A stretch of 39,745 nt of DNA, taken from IMG/VR virus record IMGVR_UViG_2579778884_000013; one strand, 5' to 3'. Positions 25,847 to 34,548 of the stretch are shown one piece after another (within the stretch, counting starts at the first letter, position 1; every line of letters starts with the position of its first letter). The notes under the pieces were generated by a model, which was not told the DNA's origin, searched no databases, and saw only the letters and a program-made list of their open reading frames with translations. Origin of the DNA: a virus. Lineage: Duplodnaviria; Heunggongvirae; Uroviricota; Caudoviricetes. The position numbers and the translations under genes are program-made.

Positions 25847-27322
25847 TTAAGCATAAGGGTCATAATCCGTTATGGCCCTTCCCTGCTGGCTTTGCTGTCC
25901 TGGTATATTTATGCGTTTCGAGACCGGGAAAGCAAACGTCAGCAGTAGCGCATCGCCTTTACCAGGAGAACGCCCAAGACGCTCTTTGATATCTTCCTTC
26001 GGTTCGATAACGATTTTACCGTCCACACGAACTTTGTACTCTGCCGCAGACAGGTCGTCCGCTGTTTCCTGGTCATCCAGCATGCCGCCCAGCCTCAGCC
26101 ATGTCTTGCATGAGTTGAACATCTCCCCACGCTTGTTGAGCATCTGCGGGTCAGTAGACGCGCCACCGAACGGAACAAGTTGCCATGTGCGCCCCCAACC
26201 ATCACCGATTGACTTCAGACCGGTACCGTAACCGAAGTCGATGAACACCGCGTCAGCCTGATACTGGTCTTCAAAGTCAGCGATACGCTTCGCCATAATC
26301 AGATCGTCGGTAGTCTTGTTGCCAGTCCACAGCACCTTACTGTGTAGCCCCTGCCGCAGGTATATCACCGCGTCATCAACGCCTGAATATGCCGGGTCAA
26401 CACCGATTATCACCGGAGCATGCGCCACCTGCGCAGCGGTTACCACCCGTTTCATTGCCTCATCAGTAAGACCGGTAGGGATAAACTGCAATTCAGATGC
26501 ATCAGGGAATATGCCGCGCACACGGATTTTAACGAAGTCGCTGTCTTCCCCGTAGTCATCGACCCATTTCTGCAACTGCTGTTTGTTAGTGCCTTCCACC
26601 GTCCGGCTGTCAATCTGCGCAGTTTTCCAGCGGTGTTTATATTTGCGGAAACATTCGCGGAAACGCCCGGTGTTACGTGTAGGGTTTCCGAACGCCACCC
26701 AGATAATCTCAGTGTCTTCGTCCGTAAGCGCACCCTCAGCAACTTCCCACACCAGATCCGCAATGTTCGACGCTTCATCGAATACCACGATGATGCGTTT
26801 GCGCTCGTTGTGTAGTCCGGCGAATGCCTCAGTGTTGTGCTCAGACCAGGGGATTGCGTCAGCTCGCCACCGCTTGTCGTGCCCAGGATCATTGCTGTAC
26901 ATCGCGGTAGCGGTACAGGTAAACCAGTCTTTCGTGATAGCAAGGTTCGACCACTTGATAATTTCCGGCCAGGTCTTCGTTTGTAGCTGGTTTTCGGTGT
27001 TGGCGGTCACCACGACCTTACAATCCTCGCAAGTGGACATGCCCCAGTTGATCAGCATTGAGATGAATGCGGATTTACCAATACCGTGACCAGAAGCACG
27101 TGCCAGCATAAGCGGCTGATAGCGCGTCTCTGGATTCTGCAGGTGATCACGTATCTCTCGGAACGCATCAGCCTGCCACTGACGTGGACCGGTGGCATGT
27201 GCCAGTTCAGTCCCCTCTTCCCCCCACGGGAACGCATAGATGGCATAGCCAAGCGGATCGTGAGTGAACCCTGCAATATCCTCGATCAACTGCTCTTCAG
27301 GAGATAACGCTGTATCTGTCAC
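25847..27322 (-). CDS. Terminase large subunit
   Basis: 491 aa; ATPase-like N-half and nuclease-like C-half with acidic motifs; GTG start overlapping small-subunit stop. Confidence 0.85.
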   Translation of the reverse strand: MTDTALSPEEQLIEDIAGFTHDPLGYAIYAFPWGEEGTELAHATGPRQWQADAFREIRDHLQNPETRYQPLMLARASGHGIGKSAFISMLINWGMSTCEDCKVVVTANTENQLQTKTWPEIIKWSNLAITKDWFTCTATAMYSNDPGHDKRWRADAIPWSEHNTEAFAGLHNERKRIIVVFDEASNIADLVWEVAEGALTDEDTEIIWVAFGNPTRNTGRFRECFRKYKHRWKTAQIDSRTVEGTNKQQLQKWVDDYGEDSDFVKIRVRGIFPDASELQFIPTGLTDEAMKRVVTAAQVAHAPVIIGVDPAYSGVDDAVIYLRQGLHSKVLWTGNKTTDDLIMAKRIADFEDQYQADAVFIDFGYGTGLKSIGDGWGRTWQLVPFGGASTDPQMLNKRGEMFNSCKTWLRLGGMLDDQETADDLSAAEYKVRVDGKIVIEPKEDIKERLGRSPGKGDALLLTFAFPVSKRINIPGQQSQQGRAITDYDPYA

Positions 27323-27915
27323 TGATTACCATCCTGACGTTCTTTGAGTCGCTTCCTGGCTGCTGCTATGCGATCAGCAATTGTCACATTCACATTAACA
27401 TCCAGGCGTTCTTTGAATGCGTTGACGTCGACGTGCTTACCAATCAGTTCGAGGTTCTTCACCTTGTCAGGCCATTTAATTTTTTTGAGGATTGTCTCTA
27501 TCGAATCCTCGTTCATGTTCATGATGGTCGATGACAGATCAAAGCCACTAAGCGTAGTGCGCCAGATTTTCGGCCACTCACGGATTGGTTTAAGGCTCCC
27601 ATCGTCGTTGAGGATGTCGATCACGTCCATCTGGTCGATCTCCACCAGGCGCATGAGAACGTAATCAGCACTGACGCGCATTCGTTTGTTGCGCTCCTCC
27701 ATCAACTCGGCAATCCGTTTTTGAATGCGTTCATCGCGCATCATGACACTGGCTTTAACTGCCGCTGTATTTGGAGAGAATCCTGCGTTAATCGCTGCCT
27801 GAGTCTGGTTTTCAGGCGTTTTGATGTATGACTGGCAATAAGCCTCCTGCATTGCTGTTAGTGGCTTAAATTGCGTTGATTTGCGTTTATAGGTTTTAGG
27901 TTCAGCAGGCATCAT
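27319..27915 (-). CDS. Terminase small subunit
   Basis: Terminase_2-like N-terminus (LTAMQEAYCQSYIKTPENQTQAAINAGFS); start set to ATG 27915/27912 rather than TTG 27993. Confidence 0.75.
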   Translation of the reverse strand: MMPAEPKTYKRKSTQFKPLTAMQEAYCQSYIKTPENQTQAAINAGFSPNTAAVKASVMMRDERIQKRIAELMEERNKRMRVSADYVLMRLVEIDQMDVIDILNDDGSLKPIREWPKIWRTTLSGFDLSSTIMNMNEDSIETILKKIKWPDKVKNLELIGKHVDVNAFKERLDVNVNVTIADRIAAARKRLKERQDGNQ

Positions 27916-28033
27916 AACCACCGTGGTAATAGTTACCGTTGTGGTAATAGTACCATGCAAAATAAAGCCGCCATAGTTGGCGGCAGTATTCAAAACCCAT
28001 CAAATTCATCATGCATAATCTACTCGTGACATG

Positions 28034-28372
28034 TCACACTATTAATTTCGTTTCATGCCAGCCTTTAGTCACCCAGCATTGCGAGTCACCATTACACGGG
28101 CATGAATTAACTGGAACTCTCTCGCCGCACTTACCGCAACATTTTCTGCTGATCGATTTTATACGCCCGCGCACGCGTGCATCATCCTGGCGGATCAGTA
28201 ACGCTATATACTCACCAAATTCGTAAGGCGCACGCCCGGGGCGACGCGTGGCACAGTTACGCTCCAGCATTTCAATTTCCTGAGCATCAAGCACAATTTC
28301 CAGCTTACGCACACCAGATGCAGCTTGTCTGGCTCTCTGAGCGGCTTTGCGCTCTGCTGCTGATTTAGCCAT
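28034..28372 (-). CDS. Hypothetical protein with C-terminal Cys cluster (possible zinc ribbon)
   Basis: C-terminus CCGKCGERVPVNSCPCNGDSQC; basic helical N-terminus; ATG 28372 (track start is TTG). Confidence 0.45.
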   Translation of the reverse strand: MAKSAAERKAAQRARQAASGVRKLEIVLDAQEIEMLERNCATRRPGRAPYEFGEYIALLIRQDDARVRGRIKSISRKCCGKCGERVPVNSCPCNGDSQCWVTKGWHETKLIV

Positions 28373-28646
28373 CAATATTTACCTTTATCGCGAACACATT
28401 TACCGGTTTATCGCCGATGTGCGGATGTGTGATTGTCTTGATTTCATATCCGTCATACGGAACATCAATTCTACGGCTGGAATCGTCGCGCTTCGGATAT
28501 CCCTTTGTGATAATCAGGCGGTCATATTCCCGGAACATAATTCGCTTATTCCAGTAGTCATTACACAGGCGATACTCTTCCGTTTTATCTCCGCGAATCA
28601 TGGCATCGAAGTATTCACCTTTGACGGCAAGTTGCAGGTTAGCCAT
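28365..28646 (-). CDS. Hypothetical protein (possibly ASCH/PUA-like fold)
   Basis: ATG 28646 with GGAGGTG RBS; 1-nt overlap with upstream gene; fold assignment unverified. Confidence 0.45.
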   Translation of the reverse strand: MANLQLAVKGEYFDAMIRGDKTEEYRLCNDYWNKRIMFREYDRLIITKGYPKRDDSSRRIDVPYDGYEIKTITHPHIGDKPVNVFAIKVNIDG

Positions 28647-28906
28647 TACCGCACCTCCAGTCTCCATACCGCCTGACCAATCCGGCTGGCATGGTTATCT
28701 TTAGATACTGTTCCGTCTTTAGCAATCTCCATAAGAATTTTGCGCAAATCTTCCGAACGCCATTCTTCATCAGGAAATTCCTTCTCCATTGCCAACCGCA
28801 AATTCCAGGTTGCCATCCTGAATGGATATTCCCCGCCGAGAGCTTTATCTTGCAGGGCAGCCCGGGAACGCATCACCTGCAAAACCTTCTCTTTTACATC
28901 CATCAT
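28646..28906 (-). CDS. Hypothetical early protein
   Basis: AGGAGG RBS; translationally coupled to neighbours. Confidence 0.45.
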   Translation of the reverse strand: MMDVKEKVLQVMRSRAALQDKALGGEYPFRMATWNLRLAMEKEFPDEEWRSEDLRKILMEIAKDGTVSKDNHASRIGQAVWRLEVR

Positions 28907-29862
28907 TTCGCCTCCTGCGGCGGTTCCGGTAGCGGAATCCAGTGAGTTGCTTGCTCAATACCATTACCCGGCTTAATCGTTGCATCTCCGCGCCGAAAGG
29001 TGCTTCCGGTATAGCGTGCGGAGCATATTAGCGGCTCAACCAGATCACTATCGAAATTCACCGAAATAAGTACGTTCTGATTCTTTTTCGGCATTCGCTC
29101 ACTACAGCTTATCCAACCATCCGGAGTTACCGGAGTTGGTCCATCGAATTCGGGCATGTCAGGACCTTTTCTGATAGCTTTAGCCAGCTCCAGCGGGTCA
29201 TCGTAAAGCCAGTCGCCAGTTTGTGGGTGATTTGCTTCTGCAAGCTGCGCAGCCCATTCAAGACCATCTTTTTGACCTTGGAGATAATCAAGCGGCAACT
29301 CTTCATGATTACTTACAGGTTCGGCACCATGAAGCATGGCGCCGCTCCGCTCTATGCCATCCAGCGCGATTCGCAGTGCCTGAATTGTGGTAGAGCTATC
29401 GTTTGGGGCTATTCCATATCGCTCGAATACAGCTAAATGGTTGCGCATAATCTCAGGCGTAAGCTCTTTGTAAGCATAAGCAAGAGGCTCTGATGCATTA
29501 TCCAGCACAACCGACGCAGGCGCGGCAGCATAAACAGGAATAACGTCCGCTTGCTCTTTATTGCTTTCATCCGTTAAAGCCCAGAATAATTTCCCGGCCG
29601 GATGTTTGAAAATATAAGCAACTGGATCTGCTTCCAGCGATGCCAGCGCAATCCGTGCCAGTTCCATTTGTTCACCACGGGTAAGCCCGTTTTCAAGCGG
29701 GTTTTTAATGAACAATTCAATACGTTCTTTGGTAATAGTGGTCATGACCCACTGCTTCCCCTGAAAGTCTGTAACGCCTTTTTTCACGTAGCGATATCGC
29801 CATGCCACTGGTTTTGCCTGCCCTGCCTTTTCATGCCCTTCCTGATAATTAATCTCGCTCAT
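28903..29862 (-). CDS. Phage protein with C-terminal DUF551-like domain
   Basis: C-terminal motif ATHWIPLPEPP typical of DUF551; start overlaps upstream stop (ATGA). Confidence 0.6.
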   Translation of the reverse strand: MSEINYQEGHEKAGQAKPVAWRYRYVKKGVTDFQGKQWVMTTITKERIELFIKNPLENGLTRGEQMELARIALASLEADPVAYIFKHPAGKLFWALTDESNKEQADVIPVYAAAPASVVLDNASEPLAYAYKELTPEIMRNHLAVFERYGIAPNDSSTTIQALRIALDGIERSGAMLHGAEPVSNHEELPLDYLQGQKDGLEWAAQLAEANHPQTGDWLYDDPLELAKAIRKGPDMPEFDGPTPVTPDGWISCSERMPKKNQNVLISVNFDSDLVEPLICSARYTGSTFRRGDATIKPGNGIEQATHWIPLPEPPQEAK

Positions 29863-30035
29863 TCATCGCCCCACTCATCACAATATGCTTCGACCGGTGT
29901 TTTCCCTGCTTCATAATCATCACGCCATGCTTCAGCATCAGCGGCACTTCCACCGCGTAACTCTGCATAATCCATTAACAGTTCATGCCATTCTTCAAAA
30001 CTGGCGTTATATTTAGTTGAACCAAAATCAGCCAT
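29859..30035 (-). CDS. Small acidic protein (58 aa), not in ORF track
   Basis: GAGGAAG RBS 6 nt upstream of ATG 30035; stop overlaps next start (ATGA); translation read manually. Confidence 0.4.
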   Translation of the reverse strand: MADFGSTKYNASFEEWHELLMDYAELRGGSAADAEAWRDDYEAGKTPVEAYCDEWGDE

Positions 30036-30210
30036 TTTGTTCTTCCTCTTCGTCTTTTATTTCGTGGTATGAGTAATTGCAGTAGTTAAAGAAAATATCT
30101 TTAGCTTCATCCTGTATTTCATCTGGTGTTGCATCATCATCCACTTCGAATTCATCCTCGAAATCTCCACCGGCTATTCCCGTTTCAATAATTATTTTGA
30201 ATTTTCGCAT
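30028..30210 (-). CDS. Small acidic hypothetical protein
   Basis: 60 aa; overlaps downstream gene start by 8 nt. Confidence 0.4.
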   Translation of the reverse strand: MRKFKIIIETGIAGGDFEDEFEVDDDATPDEIQDEAKDIFFNYCNYSYHEIKDEEEEQNG

Positions 30211-30338
30211 TTCACTACCGCCCTTTCGGACGGCCTCCTGATGTTCTGAGGGTGCAGGAATCCCTCCGGTTAAGGATTTAATAAAAATCGTTTCTGATTT
30301 AAATCTTCAGTATTTAGTTGTTAGTCGGTTTATAGCCT

Positions 30339-30650
30339 TTATGCTTCGGCCTTATTTCTCAGCCATACACAAACCGGGCCATCTTCGGTGTCATGTATTG
30401 AACCAATAAACCATCCATTGCCCTCTGGTCGTTCCGGTTCCCATGCAGAAATATCAGCATCACACGCATCAAGGTCAGCACATCCTTCATCTCTGAAGCA
30501 GAGGACGTATTGAAGATTATTTTCCTCCATCCAGGCGTTAAACTCTTCCGTTGAAATATATTCCCGACCGTCACAGAATTTTTCATATTCAGGATGCGTC
30601 CAGTAGCCATATTCATCACGTACTACTGGTATTTCTTTAATTTCATTCAT
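30339..30650 (-). CDS. Hypothetical early protein
   Basis: GGGAG RBS; overlaps upstream gene by 8 nt. Confidence 0.45.
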   Translation of the reverse strand: MNEIKEIPVVRDEYGYWTHPEYEKFCDGREYISTEEFNAWMEENNLQYVLCFRDEGCADLDACDADISAWEPERPEGNGWFIGSIHDTEDGPVCVWLRNKAEA

Positions 30651-30933
30651 TTCTGTTCTCCCACGTTTTCAGACTTTCACCACAGAACGGACAAAATGAA
30701 ACCCGAACTGGTAATTTAGAAAATTCACCGGAACGCAACATCACAAAATCAGGACCGCGAGTTAAACTCTCATTCCAGATTTTGTATATCAGCAGACCTT
30801 TTCGCATCGTGTATTCAGCATCACGCTCAAGGGACTTTGCCACACTGCGCATATCAACGGCACCACATTCTGCTTTCAGTTCCGAAGCCATCTCATGCCC
30901 GGCGGCAACTAACCCTTTGATATTACTTTCCAT
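30643..30933 (-). CDS. Hypothetical protein with CxxC motif
   Basis: GAGGG RBS; FCPFCGE motif. Confidence 0.45.
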   Translation of the reverse strand: MESNIKGLVAAGHEMASELKAECGAVDMRSVAKSLERDAEYTMRKGLLIYKIWNESLTRGPDFVMLRSGEFSKLPVRVSFCPFCGESLKTWENRNE

Positions 30934-30994
30934 CTTTACCCTCGCTTATCCACATAACTTATTGATTACATTGATAACTAAAAAGATCGTCGAT

Positions 30995-31339
30995 TCAGAA
31001 CTCTTCGATTTTCCATCCGCCACCTGCTTTCTTTGGCTTAACAGTTACCCCGATGATTCGGAACGGATACTGATCTGCGGCGACTTTTGTTTTCACTCTG
31101 GCGTCGTCGGTCCAGAAACCTTTCACTTCGTGCAGTTCCATCTCGCCGGTAGCGAGCATCACAGCGAAATCTGGCGTATAGAACGTGTTATCAGCTAACC
31201 GCAGCTTGATACCCTCGAATCGATACCAGGCGATTTCCCCTGCACGTTTACGCAGCTCAAGGTGCTGGCAATACGCAGATTCTGTTTTGTTCATCTGGCC
31301 TGTTTTGAGTCGACCAAGAGCCTGTATCTGTTTTCTCAT
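30995..31339 (-). CDS. DUF1064-like protein (PD-(D/E)xK nuclease fold)
   Basis: Motifs YTPDFAV and ELHEVKGF consistent with DUF1064; AAGGG RBS overlapped by operator-like site. Confidence 0.6.
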   Translation of the reverse strand: MRKQIQALGRLKTGQMNKTESAYCQHLELRKRAGEIAWYRFEGIKLRLADNTFYTPDFAVMLATGEMELHEVKGFWTDDARVKTKVAADQYPFRIIGVTVKPKKAGGGWKIEEF

Positions 31340-31342
31340 GAT

Positions 31343-31419
31343 TTACCCTTGAGGTAATTAAAAACCACATAAGACACGAAATCAATAGATTTTAGAATAT
31401 TTTATTACCCAACAGGTAA
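31343..31419. promoter_or_regulatory. Two operator-like palindromes TTACC-N5-GGTAA (31343-31357 and 31405-31419)
   Basis: TTACCCTTGAGGTAA overlaps RBS of DUF1064-like gene; TTACCCAACAGGTAA 48 nt upstream; both in intergenic gap after P-like gene. Confidence 0.45.
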
Positions 31420-31456
31420 TTATCAAGACGTAAAAAAATGCGCTATCGCGCTGGTA

Positions 31457-32257
31457 TTACTTGATAAATCCTGCCGCCTTTCCCCGCCTGTATTCCTCCA
31501 TCAGCCACTGCGCCGGTGTTATTCCCCCAAGGGTGGCGGCGTTAGGCATGCACCCGAAACTTCGCCCTGGTGGATGGTAAACGTCTCTCCCTGTGTCCGG
31601 AGGTGTACTCATGGGCTCTCGCTTTGCCTGTATGCTGATCACCGGATCGGGTATCTGCTGTCCGGAAGCTACCTTTTTCGCCCAATCATCGAGCAGCCTG
31701 CGCGCGTGTTTCTCAACCTCAATCTCGCTAAGCTGGCGCTGATACATTGCACGGCGGGTATCACATACGACCCAGTACATAACCGGATGTCGCCACGGGA
31801 ATCTTTCGGGACCACCAGGATATAAACTTTTTTCCTTGCTGTACCGGTGAAACTCCGCCATCACATCGTCAATGGTGACGCCAAGAACCATCTTGCTGTC
31901 TTTGCACCACTTGATAAATTGCCCTGGAGACGGCCAGAACGGAGATTCACTGGCGCGGGCGTGGCGCATACCAGCAGAAACCTGTTCACGGGTTCGGATC
32001 CCCCCTTCGGCAAACGCAGCAATCCACTGCTGTTTTGCAGCAACTTCCTGCTCTGGCGTCTTCAGGTTGGTTACCACTGCCGCCGGAAACAGTTGTTTCA
32101 GCTGTTTAAAAAGGGCATCAACAAGCCTCTCTGCTGACATGTTCACCACATTGTCATTGTTGACGTACTGATGCTCATAACCTGACATGCGAGAAAGGGC
32201 TTCTCCGTCACGGTTTTGTATCTCGGTAAAAACGTTGTTCACAAGAAATCCTCCCAT
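31457..32257 (-). CDS. Replication protein P-like (DnaB helicase loader)
   Basis: PSPGQFIKWCKD matches lambda P PSPGQFVAWCRE; start overlaps O-like gene stop. Confidence 0.75.
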   Translation of the reverse strand: MGGFLVNNVFTEIQNRDGEALSRMSGYEHQYVNNDNVVNMSAERLVDALFKQLKQLFPAAVVTNLKTPEQEVAAKQQWIAAFAEGGIRTREQVSAGMRHARASESPFWPSPGQFIKWCKDSKMVLGVTIDDVMAEFHRYSKEKSLYPGGPERFPWRHPVMYWVVCDTRRAMYQRQLSEIEVEKHARRLLDDWAKKVASGQQIPDPVISIQAKREPMSTPPDTGRDVYHPPGRSFGCMPNAATLGGITPAQWLMEEYRRGKAAGFIK

Positions 32258-33078
32258 GCTTCAGGGCTGTTCCAGTGCGGAACGTTGTTATCAGGTAATG
32301 TTGATTGCTTCTGTCTGCTAATCTGCAGCCGCCTTGCCAGCTTCTGCTCCCACTGTGCCTGATGGTATGCCTTACCCTCAGCCATCCAGTAAATTCTGAA
32401 CTCTGCAAGTTCCTGTGCCGTTGGCAGACTGTCCAGGTAGATCCCCTGCAATGAGCTTTTCCGAAGAAAGTCATCTGATGGCTGCCATTGTTCATGCATG
32501 ACAAATTTGCCTAATTGCCCTGGCCCACCAGGAGGAACAAAGTTATTCATCACGGCGTTGTTTGCTCCGGGGTCATGAGGCACAGAATCCCCGCTTTTTG
32601 TCCTGCTCTCCCTCTCTTGGTTAAATGACTGGTTATATGACTGGTTCTGGATCCCGTTTTTGGGATCATTCAACATCCCGTTTTTGGGATCATTCAACAT
32701 CCCGTTTTTGGGATCATTCAACATCCCGTTTTTGGGTATATTCCCGTTTTCGGGTATATTCCCGTTTTCGGGTTCATTGCCCCCCTCCCGGTTGCCTTTA
32801 ATGTTCCCGTTTTTGGTTATATTAAGAGAGAAAACCCGCACTCTTTTTGTCGCTCCCTTTCTCTCTCCGGTATCTGAAATAATCCCCATTTTCATGAGCG
32901 ATATAAGCCCGGCCTGCACGGTTTTTTTATTCAGGCAAGTGTCTTTAACGAGGCGTTCTATGCTGGGGTAGCAGAGGTTATATTCATCGGCTCTGTCAGC
33001 CATCGAGAGCAGTATGAGCTTTAATGATGAGCTACCTGGATCTGTCTCCCAAGCCCAATCTGTTGCATGTCTGCTCAT
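32239..33078 (-). CDS. Replication initiator (lambda O-like), ori iterons inside coding sequence
   Basis: Winged-helix-like N-terminus; internal peptide repeats PKNGMLND x3 encoded by DNA iterons; GGAG RBS; followed by P-like gene. Confidence 0.7.
   Translation of the reverse strand: MSRHATDWAWETDPGSSSLKLILLSMADRADEYNLCYPSIERLVKDTCLNKKTVQAGLISLMKMGIISDTGERKGATKRVRVFSLNITKNGNIKGNREGGNEPENGNIPENGNIPKNGMLNDPKNGMLNDPKNGMLNDPKNGIQNQSYNQSFNQERESRTKSGDSVPHDPGANNAVMNNFVPPGGPGQLGKFVMHEQWQPSDDFLRKSSLQGIYLDSLPTAQELAEFRIYWMAEGKAYHQAQWEQKLARRLQISRQKQSTLPDNNVPHWNSPEAWEDFL
32651..32820. repeat. Phage origin of replication: array of about 7 palindromic iterons (core ATCCCGTTTTTGGGAT) followed by AT-rich segment
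   Basis: Three identical 24-bp units at 32651, 32675, 32699, then degenerate 18-bp units to 32776 and one at about 32805; each contains inverted repeat ATCCC/GGGAT. Confidence 0.75.
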
Positions 33079-33093
33079 GATTAATCTCCGCTA

Positions 33094-33294
33094 TCAGCTT
33101 GAATGTTGTGGGGAGGAATTAATCATGATCTGCTTAATCTCTGCCCTGATGCGACGGTTTGACTCCATGGTGCACTCAACACAGTGTCCGTTGTAAACCC
33201 AGCGTTCACTGTCATGTCCGTGCTTACATGGTTTTCCGGTGTAGTAGCGTTTAAGTCCGCGCTTTGCGGCATCAATACGTGTAATGATTTCCAT
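33094..33294 (-). CDS. Small Cys/His-rich protein at cII-equivalent position, function unknown
   Basis: ATG 33294 with AGGG RBS; pattern CKHGH...HCVEC. Confidence 0.4.
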   Translation of the reverse strand: MEIITRIDAAKRGLKRYYTGKPCKHGHDSERWVYNGHCVECTMESNRRIRAEIKQIMINSSPQHSS

Positions 33295-33396
33295 GGTAAG
33301 CCCTGTTATTAGTATTGGGATTACGGTTATTTTGTGCTGACACAAAAAAAAGATCAACCAGATTTGGTTTTTTATTACCTTTGAGGTACGAATAGA

Positions 33397-33423
33397 TATG
33401 AAAAGACCGCCGGATGGCGGTCT
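33397..33423 (-). terminator. tR1-like terminator downstream of cro-like gene
   Basis: Stem AGACCGCC/GGCGGTCT with 4-nt loop; on - strand followed by TTTTCAT; adjacent degenerate operator-like site 33375-33389. Confidence 0.45.
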
Positions 33424-33444
33424 ACAGAGGGTTGTTGCCAGATA

Positions 33445-33675
33445 TCATGAGTAGAAGAAGTATGCCAGTTCCGCTTTTGAGCGCAGCCATTGTCTTGTTT
33501 TACAGGCTTTAAAAAGCCCATTCATCAATACCTTACCTGGCATTTTGCGCTTACCTGTTAAGTGAGTCTGGATATAGTGACTCGTCGTTCCGGCTTCCTG
33601 TGCGAAGGCTTCACGCTCATCCGGAGTAAGTGCAAGCCAGTGCTTTTTGAAATCGAAATGTCCGTTATCGCTCAT
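33445..33675 (-). CDS. Cro-like HTH regulator
   Basis: Divergent from repressor gene; HTH segment REAFAQEAGTTSHYIQTHLTGKRKMPGK; first gene of - strand early operon. Confidence 0.6.
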   Translation of the reverse strand: MSDNGHFDFKKHWLALTPDEREAFAQEAGTTSHYIQTHLTGKRKMPGKVLMNGLFKACKTRQWLRSKAELAYFFYS

Positions 33676-33711
33676 AGCTATTGCCTGATATTTATTTCAG
33701 ATAATAAATAT

Positions 33712-33774
33712 TCACCCATAAGGTAACAAAAATCAAGGATAGTTACCTATGAGGTGCATTTACCTGTTGGGTAA
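33712..33774. promoter_or_regulatory. Tripartite operator cluster between cro-like and repressor genes
   Basis: Three 15-bp sites: TCACCCATAAGGTAA (33712-33726), TTACCTATGAGGTGC (33743-33757), TTACCTGTTGGGTAA (33760-33774). Confidence 0.6.
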
Positions 33775-33829
33775 TATTGCTTTAAATTGAATCATCTACT
33801 GATTCATATATGAGGCGATTTTCCAGAAA

Positions 33830-34414
33830 ATGAAAAGTATCCAGGACGTCCGCAGGCAAAATCTCAACGACTTGATCGACCGTGAATTCAATGGTGTTCA
33901 GACGCGGATGGCAGAAAAACTTGGAACTCAGGCAAATCTGGTAAACCGCTGGGCTCTTGGAAAGAAGGTTATCGGCGACCAGGTTGCGCGAAAAATTGAA
34001 GCTGCCGCCAATAAACCCCGTAACTGGCTTGATATCGATCGCTCGCTTTCTCAGGAAGGTTTTCAGCCTGTCGGCCCAAGCGACATTGGTCAGCTGGCGG
34101 CTCACAACCTGGAACGCTGGATGAGCGAAAGCCGCGACCTTTCAACGCAGGGAAAACTACACCGCGCATCCGGCGTCGCCCAGGTGACAATCAGCCGCCT
34201 GTTAAACAATGAAGTCAGCGTTTCCATTTCCACCCTGGAGAATGTTGCATCCGCATTCGGGCGTCACGGCTATGAATTACTGATTCACCCGCACGACCCT
34301 GCGACTATCAACTATGATCGCTCGCGCTACGCATTGTTACCTGAAACAGAGAAGGCAAAGATCGAAAGTTACATTGAATTTGTCATCAACCAGAACGAAA
34401 AAAGAAAACAATAA
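33830..34414 (+). CDS. Prophage repressor with two XRE-type HTH domains and no S24 peptidase domain
   Basis: Two HTH-like segments (TRMAEKLGTQANLVNRWALGKK and HRASGVAQVTISRLLNNEVSVS); no Ala-Gly ... Ser ... Lys autocleavage module; divergent from cro-like gene across operators. Confidence 0.7.
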   Translation: MKSIQDVRRQNLNDLIDREFNGVQTRMAEKLGTQANLVNRWALGKKVIGDQVARKIEAAANKPRNWLDIDRSLSQEGFQPVGPSDIGQLAAHNLERWMSESRDLSTQGKLHRASGVAQVTISRLLNNEVSVSISTLENVASAFGRHGYELLIHPHDPATINYDRSRYALLPETEKAKIESYIEFVINQNEKRKQ

Positions 34415-34435
34415 AATCATATTTTTCAGTAAGTA

Positions 34436-34458
34436 AGCCGCCTCATGGCGGCTTTTTT
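34436..34458 (+). terminator. Rho-independent terminator after repressor gene
   Basis: GCCGCC-TCAT-GGCGGC stem-loop followed by TTTTTT. Confidence 0.6.
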
Positions 34459-34471
34459 ATTGCCTATACGA

Positions 34472-34548
34472 TTACCTTATGGGTAATTTTTTTAACTCAT
34501 ATCTATTGACATCAAACCAGATACGCATAATTATTACCTCAACGGTAA
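34472..34548 (+). promoter_or_regulatory. Early-left promoter region with two operator-like palindromes flanking a TTGACA -35 hexamer
   Basis: TTACCTTATGGGTAA (34472-34486), TTGACA at 34506-34511, -10-like CATAAT/AATTAT around 34526-34534, TTACCTCAACGGTAA (34534-34548) at -10/+1. Confidence 0.5.

Noticed and set aside
32651-32820. Tandem direct repeats as a CRISPR array
   Set aside because: Repeats are contiguous with no spacers, each is an internal palindrome, they decay in length, and they lie in frame inside the initiator gene: replication iterons, not CRISPR.
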